Shown: positions 47,662-58,118 of the stretch, one piece after another | Layout: every line of letters begins with the position of its first letter | Numbering within the stretch: the first letter of the stretch is position 1 | Virus record (IMG/VR): IMGVR_UViG_3300038393_000909 | Coordinates: 1-64,000 of that record | DNA: 64,000 nucleotides | Reading direction: 5' to 3' (one strand) | From: a virus | Position numbers and translations under genes: made by a program | The notes under the pieces: model-generated | Databases searched by the model: none | Told to the model about the DNA's origin: nothing | The model's input: the letters and a program-made list of their open reading frames with translations, nothing else

Positions 47662-48732
47662 CTAGGCGAAACGACGGGCGAGTTCGAGCATCGAGATGAA
47701 CTTGGTGCCGAGGACACGGCCGCCGTGGACATCGATCTCGTAGACGCCGTAGCTCCAGCCAGTGGTTGCGAGCCGGGCATACTGCGCGACGTACCCGTGC
47801 GGCATGGCGGAGCCGAGGTTCAACACCGTGACGTTGAAGTTATGGATGCCGATCTTCGGGACAGTGATCTCGTTGCGTCGGTGCGTGTGGCCGAATATGA
47901 TGGAACAGGCCGCATCGTTGGCGATTGTCCGCTCAACGTTCTTGCCGCCCATGGGCAGGTTCATCACGTTCAGCGGCACATGAACGAAAGAGCACCCCTC
48001 GATATGCGCGTACTCGCCGTAGTCGTAGGTCTGCCAGCCATGGTTGTGAAACAGCCCGGTGACGCGGGACCACAGAGCATTCTCCATCTCAGGCGTCGCG
48101 TTCTCGAACTTCAGGACCCTGGCCTCGTGGTTGCCGAAGGTGATGTGATGCGGCGGCATCTCGGCGAGTGGCACCTCCTGGGCGATGAGGTCCAGAGACT
48201 CCTCGACCGCCTCAAGGTCATCGAGGAATGACGGCTTCTGCCGACCCTTGAGGGTATCGTTCTTGTCGTGAGTCGAGCACGAATCCCACGATCCCCAGTC
48301 GCCGATCTGCACGACGTGGTCGTAGGCCCCCTCCCCGATCAGACGTCCGATCCAGGTGAAGCGGGACAGGTCGGAGTTCGGCTGGACGTGGGTGTCGCCG
48401 ATGGCCAGGATCCGCTTGGGGCGATCGACGCCAGCCTTGATGCGGACGCGCGGCTTCTCATCCAGCACCACCCGTGGCTGGCTCTTCTGGGCCGGGTTGT
48501 ACAGGTCCCAGTCCGGCACGTAGCTCTCGAGGAGGTTGTCGTTAAACCACAACTCCTTGCGCACCCATTTGGCGTAGGTGGATGTGGCCACACCGTCACG
48601 ACGGCAGGCTTCTTCGAGCGCGGACCCTTGCCCACCCGCAACTCCAGGCGGTGCGAATCCTGCACGCAGCAGACCTTCGACGAGGGTCTTCCTGCGCCCG
48701 CGCTCATCGCGCGAGAGCGTACCTGCCGCCAT
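47662..48732 (-). CDS. calcineurin-like metallophosphoesterase with N-terminal HTH
   Basis: IGDTH, IGDW, GNHE, FGHTH. Confidence 0.88.
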   Translation of the reverse strand: MAAGTLSRDERGRRKTLVEGLLRAGFAPPGVAGGQGSALEEACRRDGVATSTYAKWVRKELWFNDNLLESYVPDWDLYNPAQKSQPRVVLDEKPRVRIKAGVDRPKRILAIGDTHVQPNSDLSRFTWIGRLIGEGAYDHVVQIGDWGSWDSCSTHDKNDTLKGRQKPSFLDDLEAVEESLDLIAQEVPLAEMPPHHITFGNHEARVLKFENATPEMENALWSRVTGLFHNHGWQTYDYGEYAHIEGCSFVHVPLNVMNLPMGGKNVERTIANDAACSIIFGHTHRRNEITVPKIGIHNFNVTVLNLGSAMPHGYVAQYARLATTGWSYGVYEIDVHGGRVLGTKFISMLELARRFA

Positions 48733-48735
48733 ATC

Positions 48736-49239
48736 TCAGCCTCTACTCTTCTTTGTCGGGACCAGGACGTGGTCCTCACCGGACGGGGCGACGGCATCGG
48801 CTGGGCACATCGGCACCAGCTGCTCCATCTCTCCACCGCCCAGGATCTTCCAATCGTGCGTCATGCCACCCTTGGCCTCGAGCCAACCGGCGACCTTGGG
48901 CGGGAGGTTGACCATGATGGCGCTCGTCCAGCCACCGTCATCCTCGTAACCCTCGGTCCCCTTCCGGCCGCTGTAGGCCCGGTGGAACGCGAAGAAGGCC
49001 CGAGGTGTCGCGCACATCAGGCCTTTCTTGGCGAGCATCAGGGTCAGCGTGCAGGCCGAGTAGCATGGCCCGTCGACCACGATCTTCTCGCCGCGCATCT
49101 CGTGCGATTGGATCTCCACCCAGAACTCTTCGACGACGCCGCCGCTGTTGTAGGTGATGACCGTCGTTGCCTCGGCCGTGCTGGAGACCAGCGCGGTGGC
49201 TAGGGCGAGAGCGTGGAGAGCAGACCGGGTCGGGCTCAT
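48736..49239 (-). CDS. secreted ClpP/crotonase-fold-like protein
   Basis: Signal peptide, SGG, GPCYSACT, FAFH. Confidence 0.55.
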   Translation of the reverse strand: MSPTRSALHALALATALVSSTAEATTVITYNSGGVVEEFWVEIQSHEMRGEKIVVDGPCYSACTLTLMLAKKGLMCATPRAFFAFHRAYSGRKGTEGYEDDGGWTSAIMVNLPPKVAGWLEAKGGMTHDWKILGGGEMEQLVPMCPADAVAPSGEDHVLVPTKKSRG

Positions 49240-49288
49240 GGCAGCCTCTATAGCATGGCGTTCGAATTAATGCAAATGGATAGGCGTG

Positions 49289-49792
49289 TCAACGGTGCGC
49301 CGGCAGGATGCGGAAAGGGACGTCCGGGGCGACTACGACCTTCGGGGTGTACTGCTGGAAGATGTTCGGCACGGTGATGGGACCGACATGCAGCGGGCAC
49401 TCGTAGGACAGGATAACCCGGTAGGCAGCCTTGCCGGGTTCCATCTCTCGGGTAATCGGAACCTTCACGTCGATCTCTTCCGGCTGACCGGGGAACGTGA
49501 TCGGACCCGTCGCTTCCTTGTAGTCGCGCGATACTTCATGCCACGCCCCAAGGCCGTCGATGATGACGCGCAGGCGGGTCAGGGCGCAGACGCGCAGACG
49601 GTCGAAGGTGTAATGGATCCGTAGGTCCTTATCCTGCCGGACGACCGGTGTCTCGGTGAATGAGGCGTGATACCGAACCGGGTCGCCGTAATCGAGACCG
49701 CAGAGCAGCATGTACCCGAAGATGAGGATCACCGTTACGGGATAGATCAGCCAGAAGGCTCTAGAGAGTCGACACGCTTGTTCGGATGGCAT
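49289..49792 (-). CDS. membrane-anchored protein in the lysis region
   Basis: N-terminal TM segment. Confidence 0.55.
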   Translation of the reverse strand: MPSEQACRLSRAFWLIYPVTVILIFGYMLLCGLDYGDPVRYHASFTETPVVRQDKDLRIHYTFDRLRVCALTRLRVIIDGLGAWHEVSRDYKEATGPITFPGQPEEIDVKVPITREMEPGKAAYRVILSYECPLHVGPITVPNIFQQYTPKVVVAPDVPFRILPAHR

Positions 49793-49801
49793 GGTGCAGT
49801 C

Positions 49802-50146
49802 CTAGGCGTTTGATCCAGGCCTCATGAGGCCCACGATCTTCATCGGGATCTGGCGGACTTCGTGCTCGACCGAGGCCATGCGCTGGGTGATCCGCGCCTC
49901 CAATTCCCGCATGTCGTCCTTCTTGACGTAGCGGTCGGCGATCGTGAGCTGGAACGAACCATGGTCGCGGTCGCCCTCGTCCTGCTTCTCCTCAACGGAT
50001 CTGAGCCGCTCGACGAGGCTGTCGACGCGAGCCTTGAGCGAGTAGAAGCTGCCGATGTGGCCAATCACGACAACGATGCCGACAACAATCGACGTTATAT
50101 TAACCTGCCAGTCGATACTGACCGGTGGAATACCTGAGGTGGCCAC
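49802..50146 (-). CDS. TM + coiled-coil lysis-region protein
   Basis: One TM segment followed by a coiled coil. Confidence 0.55.
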   Translation of the reverse strand: MATSGIPPVSIDWQVNITSIVVGIVVVIGHIGSFYSLKARVDSLVERLRSVEEKQDEGDRDHGSFQLTIADRYVKKDDMRELEARITQRMASVEHEVRQIPMKIVGLMRPGSNA

Positions 50147-50161
50147 GGCATATCTTTCTGA

Positions 50162-50575
50162 TTATCTAAAAACGCGTTTGATCACGCTCGAGACGCCGCT
50201 GACGCCGATTACCGAGCCGATGATCGTCCACTGTAGTTGGTCATAGGGCGGCGGAAGTTTGGCGATGCCCCAGCCGAACCGGAACACCGAGTCGAGAACG
50301 ATCATCGCGAAGTGAAAGAGCGCGAACCCGAAGGCGGTCGGGATCATCCAGGCTGTCCAGAGCGACTCCTCGATCTTCGCACGCTCGGCGGCGATAACCT
50401 TGCGCTCCTCGACGTAAGCCGTGAGCTGGGCCTGGGTGATGCTCACATCCCCGGTAACGTTCTGGCCGTTGACCGTCACGGCGTCGGAGGACTTCTGTTT
50501 GAAATACTCCAAGACGGGGGTGACGATTCCGGATCCGAGGAGCTTGATCAGGAAGGAGCCGATCAGAGCGAGCAT
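50162..50575 (-). CDS. holin-like membrane protein
   Basis: TM segments, downstream of the endolysin. Confidence 0.55.
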   Translation of the reverse strand: MLALIGSFLIKLLGSGIVTPVLEYFKQKSSDAVTVNGQNVTGDVSITQAQLTAYVEERKVIAAERAKIEESLWTAWMIPTAFGFALFHFAMIVLDSVFRFGWGIAKLPPPYDQLQWTIIGSVIGVSGVSSVIKRVFR

Positions 50576-50829
50576 CAGTTCCTCTCCTGGCTGGTTTCCT
50601 CAGGCGGCGGTGGCAGACGACGAATGGTGATGCCGACGAAGATCCGAGCCAGCGCCAGCCACGCGGAGAATTTGGCACCCGGCATCCAGTCCGGGAGAAT
50701 CGCGTTGACGTCGACACCAGCCAGGGCATCGAGCATGTCGGGCAGCGCCAGGAGGACGGCGACCACGTAGATCCGCCAGCCCTTAGCATAGGCGTACCAT
50801 GCCCTGAGATGATCGTGGAACCGGTTCAT
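50575..50829 (-). CDS. holin-like small membrane protein
   Basis: Two TM segments, adjacent to the lysozyme. Confidence 0.55.
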   Translation of the reverse strand: MNRFHDHLRAWYAYAKGWRIYVVAVLLALPDMLDALAGVDVNAILPDWMPGAKFSAWLALARIFVGITIRRLPPPPEETSQERN

Positions 50830-51419
50830 CGCGCGAACCTCTGCTTGATGAGCGCCCAAATTCCCGGAGACGGCGCGGGAGCAGGAGCGGGAGCGGCTGC
50901 GGGCGGGACCGGGATCACACCACCCTTGGGCAGGGCGATGGGCTTGGCATCGCTGTCACGGCCCTTGGGCAGGCTGACGCTATAGGGCGTAAGGAACTGC
51001 AGGCGCTCGGCCCGGCGCCGGGTCAGGATCGACGCGGGCTTGTTCCACTGGAGGATCGCTTCAGCGCACCCAGCCTTGTCGCCAGCCATGAACTTACGCA
51101 GGAAGGTGGAGTGTGCGAAGTTGACGGGCCCGATGTTATAGCAGATCGACACGAAGGCATCGAACTCGTTCTGGGTGATCGTGTTGATCTTCGGACCGAG
51201 CGCGTCAACGACGGGCTTGACGTACTTGAGTACGGCCTTGGCAAACAGTTCGTCCGACTGAGCGGCGGTGATCTTCAGACCGGGCGTTACCTTAATCAGG
51301 CCGGATGCCGTGGTGACCCCCACTGAGATCGTCCAGACTCCGACAGAATCTTTATACGCGGTCAGCACATTGCCCTCACGCGACTCGAGTGCCGCGCGAC
51401 CGATCGCTGAGAGTTCCAT
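50826..51419 (-). CDS. endolysin, GH24 lysozyme
   Basis: REGNVLTAYKDSVGVWTI, QNEFDAFVS..YNIG, RRRAE. Confidence 0.92.
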   Translation of the reverse strand: MELSAIGRAALESREGNVLTAYKDSVGVWTISVGVTTASGLIKVTPGLKITAAQSDELFAKAVLKYVKPVVDALGPKINTITQNEFDAFVSICYNIGPVNFAHSTFLRKFMAGDKAGCAEAILQWNKPASILTRRRAERLQFLTPYSVSLPKGRDSDAKPIALPKGGVIPVPPAAAPAPAPAPSPGIWALIKQRFAR

Positions 51420-51452
51420 GGTTGCCTCGTGTGAATTAATTCGAACCTGTCA

Positions 51453-52499
51453 TCACGAAGCAGAGAGCGTCGTTGCCTCGATGCTTGTGACGATACCGGT
51501 TGTCTTCCTGTAGCTGTGCGTCACGGTCTGGATGATGTACGCCCCATCGATGGCGTAGCGCATGCCGGAGATGTTCATGTTCTGATGAACACGGATCGTC
51601 GGGTCACCCTTGGCAAGCGTGAGTGTGATCTGCGCCCTGAGCTGCTCAAGGAAGTTGATCCGCGCCTCAGCCGCCGCCTTCGCCTGCTCCTGTGTCTGGA
51701 ACGTACCAGGGAGTGTGAAGAACTTGTCCGGGTTCGAGAACTCGTTGCCGATCAACGGAAAGTTTGACAGGCTCGAGCCACTCGCCTGCGCCTGCTCGTA
51801 CTTGCGCGTGACGTTGTCCTTGTCATACCACGCGGCCTGTGCGCCAGAGTAGGCGGCGCGCGACTGGATCCAGACATCCCACTCGCCGAAATCTTCCGGC
51901 GTGAGGTTGACGCTACCCGACTCGGAGCCGGACGTGGTCGACGCCGACCCGCGCTTCACGACGCTGACCCGGCCATTCTGGTAGACCGCAGATGCCCCGT
52001 AGGTGCGCGCCAGTTGATCGATGATGTGAAAGCCGGACTGGTTGTTCTGATTGAATGCCGGGACCTTGATCGAGCCGATGCTCGGATCGACATCTGCTGT
52101 GATACCGCTCTGTCCAGCGATCTGCTTGATGATGTCCCCGACCGTCTGGTCGAGGTAGTTGGTGATCTTCGGAACCTTGAGCGCGCTCGACTGAGAAACG
52201 CTGGTACCGACAACCTTGATCGAGCGCGGTGGGCCGATCAGGTGAACTTCGTTGATCGTGAACTCACCGAAGTCCGAGAGCCCCGTCTCCTTGTAGCCCA
52301 AGAGGAACGAGACCTTGTCCTCGATCTGAGGCAGAGCAAGCGCCCAGTCGCGGTCGTCGAAGATGAATTCGATACGACCCATCTCGCTCGCCTCCGTCTG
52401 CTGAACCTGAACCTGGACGAGCCTGTCCTGGAACTTCGACGTGACATCGACCCCGTCCTTCACAACCTGAAAGATCGGTGTGTAGCCGGTGGTCAGCAT
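51453..52499 (-). CDS. P2 GpD-like baseplate hub / late control protein D
   Basis: LGYKETGL, QSGFHIIDQLA, IDGAYII.TVTH; synteny. Confidence 0.85.
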   Translation of the reverse strand: MLTTGYTPIFQVVKDGVDVTSKFQDRLVQVQVQQTEASEMGRIEFIFDDRDWALALPQIEDKVSFLLGYKETGLSDFGEFTINEVHLIGPPRSIKVVGTSVSQSSALKVPKITNYLDQTVGDIIKQIAGQSGITADVDPSIGSIKVPAFNQNNQSGFHIIDQLARTYGASAVYQNGRVSVVKRGSASTTSGSESGSVNLTPEDFGEWDVWIQSRAAYSGAQAAWYDKDNVTRKYEQAQASGSSLSNFPLIGNEFSNPDKFFTLPGTFQTQEQAKAAAEARINFLEQLRAQITLTLAKGDPTIRVHQNMNISGMRYAIDGAYIIQTVTHSYRKTTGIVTSIEATTLSAS

Positions 52500-52502
52500 G
52501 GA

Positions 52503-52730
52503 TTATCCCCAGAGGTTGATCTGCGGAAGGATCCGCGGCTGGCTGGATGTGACGGGAATGTCGGGAATCGTAATCGTCAGGCCGGGATCAAGGAGGATGC
52601 CTTGCTTCTCCAGGCCTGGATTGGCCTCGAGGATCTTCTCGACCTGACGGTTTTCGAGGGTGCCATAATAGTCCCAGGCGATCCGGGACAGTCGGTCCCA
52701 CAGCTTGGTGATGTAGGTCGTGGTGGCCAT
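52503..52730 (-). CDS. P2 GpX-like tail protein (LysM-like)
   Basis: D.L..IAWDYYG, ILEANPGL, INLW. Confidence 0.88.
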   Translation of the reverse strand: MATTTYITKLWDRLSRIAWDYYGTLENRQVEKILEANPGLEKQGILLDPGLTITIPDIPVTSSQPRILPQINLWG

Positions 52731-52738
52731 GTGAATCC

Positions 52739-53212
52739 TCAGAGGAAGGATGAGAGCGGGCCACCCGTGTTGAGGTCGTCGCCGTAGAGCTGCAGGTCGA
52801 GCTGGAAGTCGACGCGGTGACCGGTGCCGTCTGGAGAGATCTTCTGCTCGGCCCGGCTGAGCTTCATGATCACGTACTTGTTTGACGACACAGTACCGGT
52901 GACGACCATGCCGTTTGTATTGGTCAGGGCATTCGTGTACCGGATCAGCGACAGCGGTTTGCCGTCACGGATGGCGAGCTTGATCGCCTCGAGTGTCTTG
53001 ATGCCGCCGAAGATTTTGGGGTAGACCCGACCAGCCAGGGTAAGGGTCTGTGCGCCTGGGCCGGTGAACTGCATCGCAGGATCGCGACTGAGCCTCCCTT
53101 GAGAGACCCAGCCGCCGGTAAACTCTTCCTGCAATGTCTCGAACCCGAGGCTATCGCCTCCGAGAGTGGGACTCTCGAAGATGATGTTCCCCAAGCTGAT
53201 GAGCTGGGACAT
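52739..53212 (-). CDS. P2 GpU-like tail protein
   Basis: PAMQFTGPG..TLTLAG..YP. Confidence 0.85.
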   Translation of the reverse strand: MSQLISLGNIIFESPTLGGDSLGFETLQEEFTGGWVSQGRLSRDPAMQFTGPGAQTLTLAGRVYPKIFGGIKTLEAIKLAIRDGKPLSLIRYTNALTNTNGMVVTGTVSSNKYVIMKLSRAEQKISPDGTGHRVDFQLDLQLYGDDLNTGGPLSSFL

Positions 53213-53221
53213 GGGGTTTCC

Positions 53222-56200
53222 TTACGCGTAGTCGAACTCGACGTCGTGAGCACGACGGTTCATCGACTGTTGCAGCGTCTTGTTGAGCGCCTTGGCGTTG
53301 GCTTCTGGATCGCTGACCGGGTTCTGCATGTGGATGTGCACGTCACCGTGATGGTTGTGCGTGGCACCCATCATCGAGTCACCCATGCGCGAGCCAACGG
53401 AATCGGCCAGCGTAGTCGGGGTCGTGATCTTCTTCTGCTCCTCGAGCCACGGACGGGTGCCGTTCCACTCGAAGTGCATCGGATCCTTGCGGCCCTTCCA
53501 GTCCATGCCCCAGATGAGGCCGTACTTCTTGGCCAGAGCCCGCACGTTCTCAGGCATGTCGGTGATCGTCGTGCCCAGCGGGTTGTTGCCGGGGTTGAGA
53601 TCGATCGCATTGCCGTAGGCGTGCTGCGAGAGCCTTGAGCCGCCCCTGATATTCCGGGGGCTGAAGCCGCCCAGGGACTTGATGTTATAGCCCTGAGCCT
53701 CAAGCTCGCGGATGAACCCCTGGAACGACGGCAGAGCCGCGTTGTTCACGCGTGTTGCCTTGCCGTTGGCCGCAACGAGCTGACCGAGGTTCTGCCCGAC
53801 GCCGCCGTACTGTCCGTTCATCAAGTTGGCGCGGACCGGTCCAGCTGTCGTGTCACCACCAGCGACGCCCGGTTGCCAGCCCTCGCGCTTCTGCATCGCG
53901 TCGAGGATCGCGACCCGTTGCTCCGGCGTCATGTTCTCCATGCGGGTGTTGACGTCGACACCAGCCGCACGAGCGAGTTCCGCCGCGTAGGAATCCGGGT
54001 CATTGCCATCACTACCTGGAGCCCAGCGCGCGATGGCACCCGCCAGGGTCTTGTGCTTGTAGCCTTCCGAGTTGAAGAGCAGGCTCTCCTGAGCCTTACG
54101 GCCCACGTCGTATGACGGGAAGACTGCGAAGCCTTTGTCGTCAGCTCCCGTGGCGCCCATGGAGCGAGCGTAGGCACCGAACTTGATGTTGCCGGGGTTA
54201 TTGTTTCGCCAGCTGCGGGAGCCGTTGCCAGAAGCGCCACCGCTACCGCCGCCAAGTCCAAAAGCACGAGCGATACGATTGCCGACACGACCGAAGAACC
54301 CTGGGCCGGATCCGTTTGAGCCTGGAGGATTATAGCTACTCGGACTAGCCTGGATCGTCGATCCATCTGGACCGGTATTAACGCCCGGCAAGTCATCCTG
54401 GACGTTCGATTGGCCCTTCGGCTTGGCACCGTGAACGATGCCATCGCCCCTGTAGTAGTAGAGCAGGCCTGTCAGAACCGCGCCTGCGAATGCAGCAACA
54501 GCTCCTGCCGAGATCGCGGCGATGCTGACAGCAAGCGCGCCATCCGTGATGAGGCTGGCAAGGACACCACCTTCAACAGAACCCGCTAGAGCGCCGCCAG
54601 CAGCCTTCGGAACCCAACCGAACATGGTCGATAGGGTCTTGAACCGATTGGCCAGAAACAGGAACTTGCCGATCTGCCAGAGAAAGCCGCCCGTTCCCGC
54701 CAGGATACCCATGATACCAGCCAGTGGGGCTAGAGCATGGAGCGCGAAGGTAAGCGCCAGGAAGGCGCCCGCTATGAACGCGATCTTCTTCCCATCAATC
54801 TTTCCGACGAACAGCTCAAGAACCCACTTGAACGGGGTGAGTATGGTAGCGGCCCACTTGAACGCAGTGAATACGGCCTTGATACCCTCCGTGAACGCTG
54901 TTCCGAGCTGGCGCCACCAGATGATCGTGCTTCCGTCAAAGTCCTTCGGCTTACCGAACAGGCCCTCAAGAAGCTCACCGAATGTGTCGTAGCCGAGCCC
55001 CTTGATGAGACCGCGGGTGAACGCTCGGAAGTTTTCCTTCAGACTGCCTGCGTTCTTCGCCCACTCAGCCATGAAGTTCGCCAGCGGACCGATGATGTCG
55101 TCCTTGAGAACGTCACCAATCTCGTAGAAGAACTTATGCGTCGACTCGGTGATCTGACCGAGCTTGTACTCGAGGCTCTTCTGGTATTCTTTCTCGAGCT
55201 GCTTGCGCAGGTCGCCGTTGTCCTCGCGTCTGGCGTTCTCCATCGCCTTCTTGAGGATCTCGGGATTGTCGATCAGATTGTTGATCGCCCGCGTATACTG
55301 AGGACCGAGGACCTGAGCGATGGCGTAGTTGCGGTCGTTGATGTCGGCGATGTTTCCGAAGCTCTGAATGAGATTCGTGAACCCCTCGTTGGGGTTCGCC
55401 TTCATCGTCGCCTGAAGGTTGGAGTACGATCCATACCCGAGCTGGCGCGGGACGCGCAGCCACCGGTCACGCTCGTACGAGAAGTGCTGCCGGCGCTTGT
55501 CCTTCTCCTCGACGGCGAGGTCCGAGAGGTGCTCGCTCGAGAGCTGCAGCATGCGTGACGCCATCGAACCGGACAGACCGGAGGCCGTGAGCGCGGCACC
55601 GAGGCCGAGGATGGTGTTGTTGTTCGTAATGCCAAGCGAGCGGCCAGCGCCAAGACCGCTCTGCATGAACGCCATCATGCGGTCGGGGGTGGTGCCGATG
55701 CCTGAGGTCGAGAGACGCTCCAGGGTGCCGACGAGGTTGCCGGCCTTCTCCATTGCATCTGGCTGGCCGTGCCACGGGCCGTGGAACTCCTGGGCCAGGG
55801 CGTAGCCGACCTGACCGGCGACGTGCTCCATCTTCTCGCCGAACACCTTGGCGGTGCTGAACATCATCTCGGCGAACGGCTTTGACATCGCGTCCGGGAT
55901 GCCGTGCGCCATGGCCTCGGCCGCACCATCCAGGAGGTGATCAGACGGGGCGCCGAGAGCGACACCGCGATCCATCGCCCAGTTGCGATCCGAGCGCGCG
56001 TTACTCTCAGCAGCCGAGACCGAGTAGCCACGGCTCAGGTAGCGGAACCGAGCGTCCGTCTCAGCGCGATCGAGATGCTCTGCAAGCTCGACAGCCTTGT
56101 GACCACCGCGCTCGACGAGTGCAGCACCAGCTGTGGCAGCGAAGAGCGGCGACGAGAAGAACGGGTGGGAGAAGCTGCGGATTGCGTGACGGCCGGAGTT

Positions 56201-57022
56201 GTACGCACCACCGAGCGCCCCGAGCATCTCCTTAGGCAGGCGCGCGTGCTCCTGACGCAGAGCATTGAAGCGCTTGGCGACGCCTGCGACGAACCGCTGG
56301 TTGGCCCGCTCCTGATCCTTCTCTTCCTCAACAGCACGAGCCCGGTTGATCCGCCGGCCGCGCTCCATGAGGTTGTCCCACCACTTGTGGGATGCCTCCT
56401 TCTCGGCGTCCTGCTTCTTCCAGACAGCCTTGGCGGAATTGAACTGCTGATCGCGCAGGCGGTCCTCGGCTCGGCCCGCTTTCGCCGCGGCCTTGACCCG
56501 CTCCTCGATATTGTCGAGACCTGTTTTGAAAATATCGCTTTCGAACTTGCGCCAGAATTGCTGGGTATGAACCTTCTCATCGGCAAGCTTTCTCTCGGCG
56601 AGTCTCAGCTTCTCCTTGGCTTTCAGTTCATCAGCAGAGATATCGGCCGCCACCTTACGATAGGCATTGGCATCCCTGACGCGAGCAGCTGCAGTCTTCG
56701 CACTGCTCTTGGTGAGTTCCTTCTCGCTATCGAGATATTTAGAAAGTCTATTTTCCGCTATGCGCCAGCCATCGGAAACGTTGCGTCCGTGCTTGACCGC
56801 ATCCTTCAGAGACCCAGCTAGAGAATTATTTATCTCTCTAAAGCCGGTGTTGAACTTCCTGATGTCGGCAGCTAGGCTGTCTGGAATAAGCTTCTTGGGT
56901 CCGTTGCCGAGGTTCTTGAGCTGCTGACCGAGCTTGTTGACTTCACCTTGAAGTTCTTTGACGACTTTACTGGCATCGTCTTCCGCGCGTAAGCGGATTG
57001 TTGCGTCCATCTCACCAGACAT
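53222..57022 (-). CDS. tape measure protein with lysozyme-like and M15 peptidase domains
   Basis: Helical repeats; RNNNPGNIK; SQHAYGNAID..DPMHFE. Confidence 0.88.
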   Translation of the reverse strand: MSGEMDATIRLRAEDDASKVVKELQGEVNKLGQQLKNLGNGPKKLIPDSLAADIRKFNTGFREINNSLAGSLKDAVKHGRNVSDGWRIAENRLSKYLDSEKELTKSSAKTAAARVRDANAYRKVAADISADELKAKEKLRLAERKLADEKVHTQQFWRKFESDIFKTGLDNIEERVKAAAKAGRAEDRLRDQQFNSAKAVWKKQDAEKEASHKWWDNLMERGRRINRARAVEEEKDQERANQRFVAGVAKRFNALRQEHARLPKEMLGALGGAYNSGRHAIRSFSHPFFSSPLFAATAGAALVERGGHKAVELAEHLDRAETDARFRYLSRGYSVSAAESNARSDRNWAMDRGVALGAPSDHLLDGAAEAMAHGIPDAMSKPFAEMMFSTAKVFGEKMEHVAGQVGYALAQEFHGPWHGQPDAMEKAGNLVGTLERLSTSGIGTTPDRMMAFMQSGLGAGRSLGITNNNTILGLGAALTASGLSGSMASRMLQLSSEHLSDLAVEEKDKRRQHFSYERDRWLRVPRQLGYGSYSNLQATMKANPNEGFTNLIQSFGNIADINDRNYAIAQVLGPQYTRAINNLIDNPEILKKAMENARREDNGDLRKQLEKEYQKSLEYKLGQITESTHKFFYEIGDVLKDDIIGPLANFMAEWAKNAGSLKENFRAFTRGLIKGLGYDTFGELLEGLFGKPKDFDGSTIIWWRQLGTAFTEGIKAVFTAFKWAATILTPFKWVLELFVGKIDGKKIAFIAGAFLALTFALHALAPLAGIMGILAGTGGFLWQIGKFLFLANRFKTLSTMFGWVPKAAGGALAGSVEGGVLASLITDGALAVSIAAISAGAVAAFAGAVLTGLLYYYRGDGIVHGAKPKGQSNVQDDLPGVNTGPDGSTIQASPSSYNPPGSNGSGPGFFGRVGNRIARAFGLGGGSGGASGNGSRSWRNNNPGNIKFGAYARSMGATGADDKGFAVFPSYDVGRKAQESLLFNSEGYKHKTLAGAIARWAPGSDGNDPDSYAAELARAAGVDVNTRMENMTPEQRVAILDAMQKREGWQPGVAGGDTTAGPVRANLMNGQYGGVGQNLGQLVAANGKATRVNNAALPSFQGFIRELEAQGYNIKSLGGFSPRNIRGGSRLSQHAYGNAIDLNPGNNPLGTTITDMPENVRALAKKYGLIWGMDWKGRKDPMHFEWNGTRPWLEEQKKITTPTTLADSVGSRMGDSMMGATHNHHGDVHIHMQNPVSDPEANAKALNKTLQQSMNRRAHDVEFDYA

Positions 57023-57045
57023 CGCGCGCCCTCAAGGTGAAGCCC

Positions 57046-57222
57046 TTAGTGTTGTTGCGGATTGTTCTTGCGTTCGTTCAGCTCCTTGACCGCATCCGCG
57101 AAGAGCCAGAACTCATCGACCTCCAGATCCCAGATCTCGGAGGGAGGCCACTTCAGGCACTCGGCGATGAGGAACGTGTCGGTCAGGATTCCTGAGAGGC
57201 GGGGAGCATGAGTTTCAAAAAA
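57046..57222 (-). CDS. GpE' extension via -1 programmed frameshift
   Basis: Slippery TTTTTTG at 57216-57222 (minus strand); the -1 frame encodes ...KWPPSEIWDLEVDEFW. Confidence 0.8.
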   Translation of the reverse strand, partial: FFETHAPRLSGILTDTFLIAECLKWPPSEIWDLEVDEFWLFADAVKELNERKNNPQQH

Positions 57223-57458
57223 TCCTCAGCCCATGCCTTCATCGGGATGAAGTCCTCGAAGTCGATCTGGGACACGACCAGGGGGTCGATCTGCATCAGG
57301 TCGGCGAGCATGTTCTCCATCGCCTGGACGCTGTCCTTGTCGACGCCCTTGATGAACTTGCGCACGTCGAGCACCTTGGGGCGACGCGCAGTGAATTCCT
57401 TGTACTCCTTGCCCCGGAACTCGAACGGGTACTGGAGAACGAAAACCTTGTCAGCCAT
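57183..57458 (-). CDS. tail assembly chaperone GpE
   Basis: LQYP, RRPKVLD, IDFEDF; lies between the tube and tape-measure genes. Confidence 0.85.
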   Translation of the reverse strand: MADKVFVLQYPFEFRGKEYKEFTARRPKVLDVRKFIKGVDKDSVQAMENMLADLMQIDPLVVSQIDFEDFIPMKAWAEDFLKLMLPASQES

Positions 57459-57539
57459 AGTTATTCACACCGTTTGTTTTAATTGGAAGGGATGCCCAGC
57501 CAGGGGTCAGACCGAGGCTGGGCGTTGAGGGTCAGGCGA

Positions 57540-58118
57540 TTAGGCGCGAAGCGGCGCGGCCTGCGAGACCGTGTTGGTCGTCGAGGCGTTGGTCGCGATG
57601 TTCAGGGCGCGGCGGGCGCCGGCCGTGTTGTCGACGTTGCCGGTGAAGCGCTTGCCGAACGCGTCGATCGCCACCACGGGGGTGCCACCGACCGTGTGGA
57701 CGTACTTGTAGACCGACATCTTGACGGTCTGCTTCGGGGGCTTGCCCGGCGCGACCTGATCGGTCTTCACCGAAGTGATGCCGCCCCACACGTCGATCTC
57801 GACCGTCGCCTCGGCGCCGTTGGCGGTGAAGGTGTAGCCGTAGAACTGCAGGTTAGTGTTCATCGAGTTGGCGTCGTAGCCAACCGCCGCCCAGGTATCG
57901 TCATCCCAGGACAGGAGGTCGAAGGACAGTTCCATCTTCTCCAGACCCACCGGGATCTGGACGGCCATGTCCATGCCGCCGCCACGGAACTCTTCCGTCT
58001 GGACGTTCAACTCGGGGAGCTGGATGTTCGCGACCGTACCGATCTTGCCGACACCGTTGAGGAAGACAACGAAGTCCTGCAGAATCGAAGCGTCGCGCAG
58101 GTTACCGTAATTTGCCAC
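57540..58118 (-). CDS. major tail tube protein (P2 FII-like)
   Basis: LPEL...EEFRGGGMD...GLEKME. Confidence 0.9.
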   Translation of the reverse strand: MANYGNLRDASILQDFVVFLNGVGKIGTVANIQLPELNVQTEEFRGGGMDMAVQIPVGLEKMELSFDLLSWDDDTWAAVGYDANSMNTNLQFYGYTFTANGAEATVEIDVWGGITSVKTDQVAPGKPPKQTVKMSVYKYVHTVGGTPVVAIDAFGKRFTGNVDNTAGARRALNIATNASTTNTVSQAAPLRA

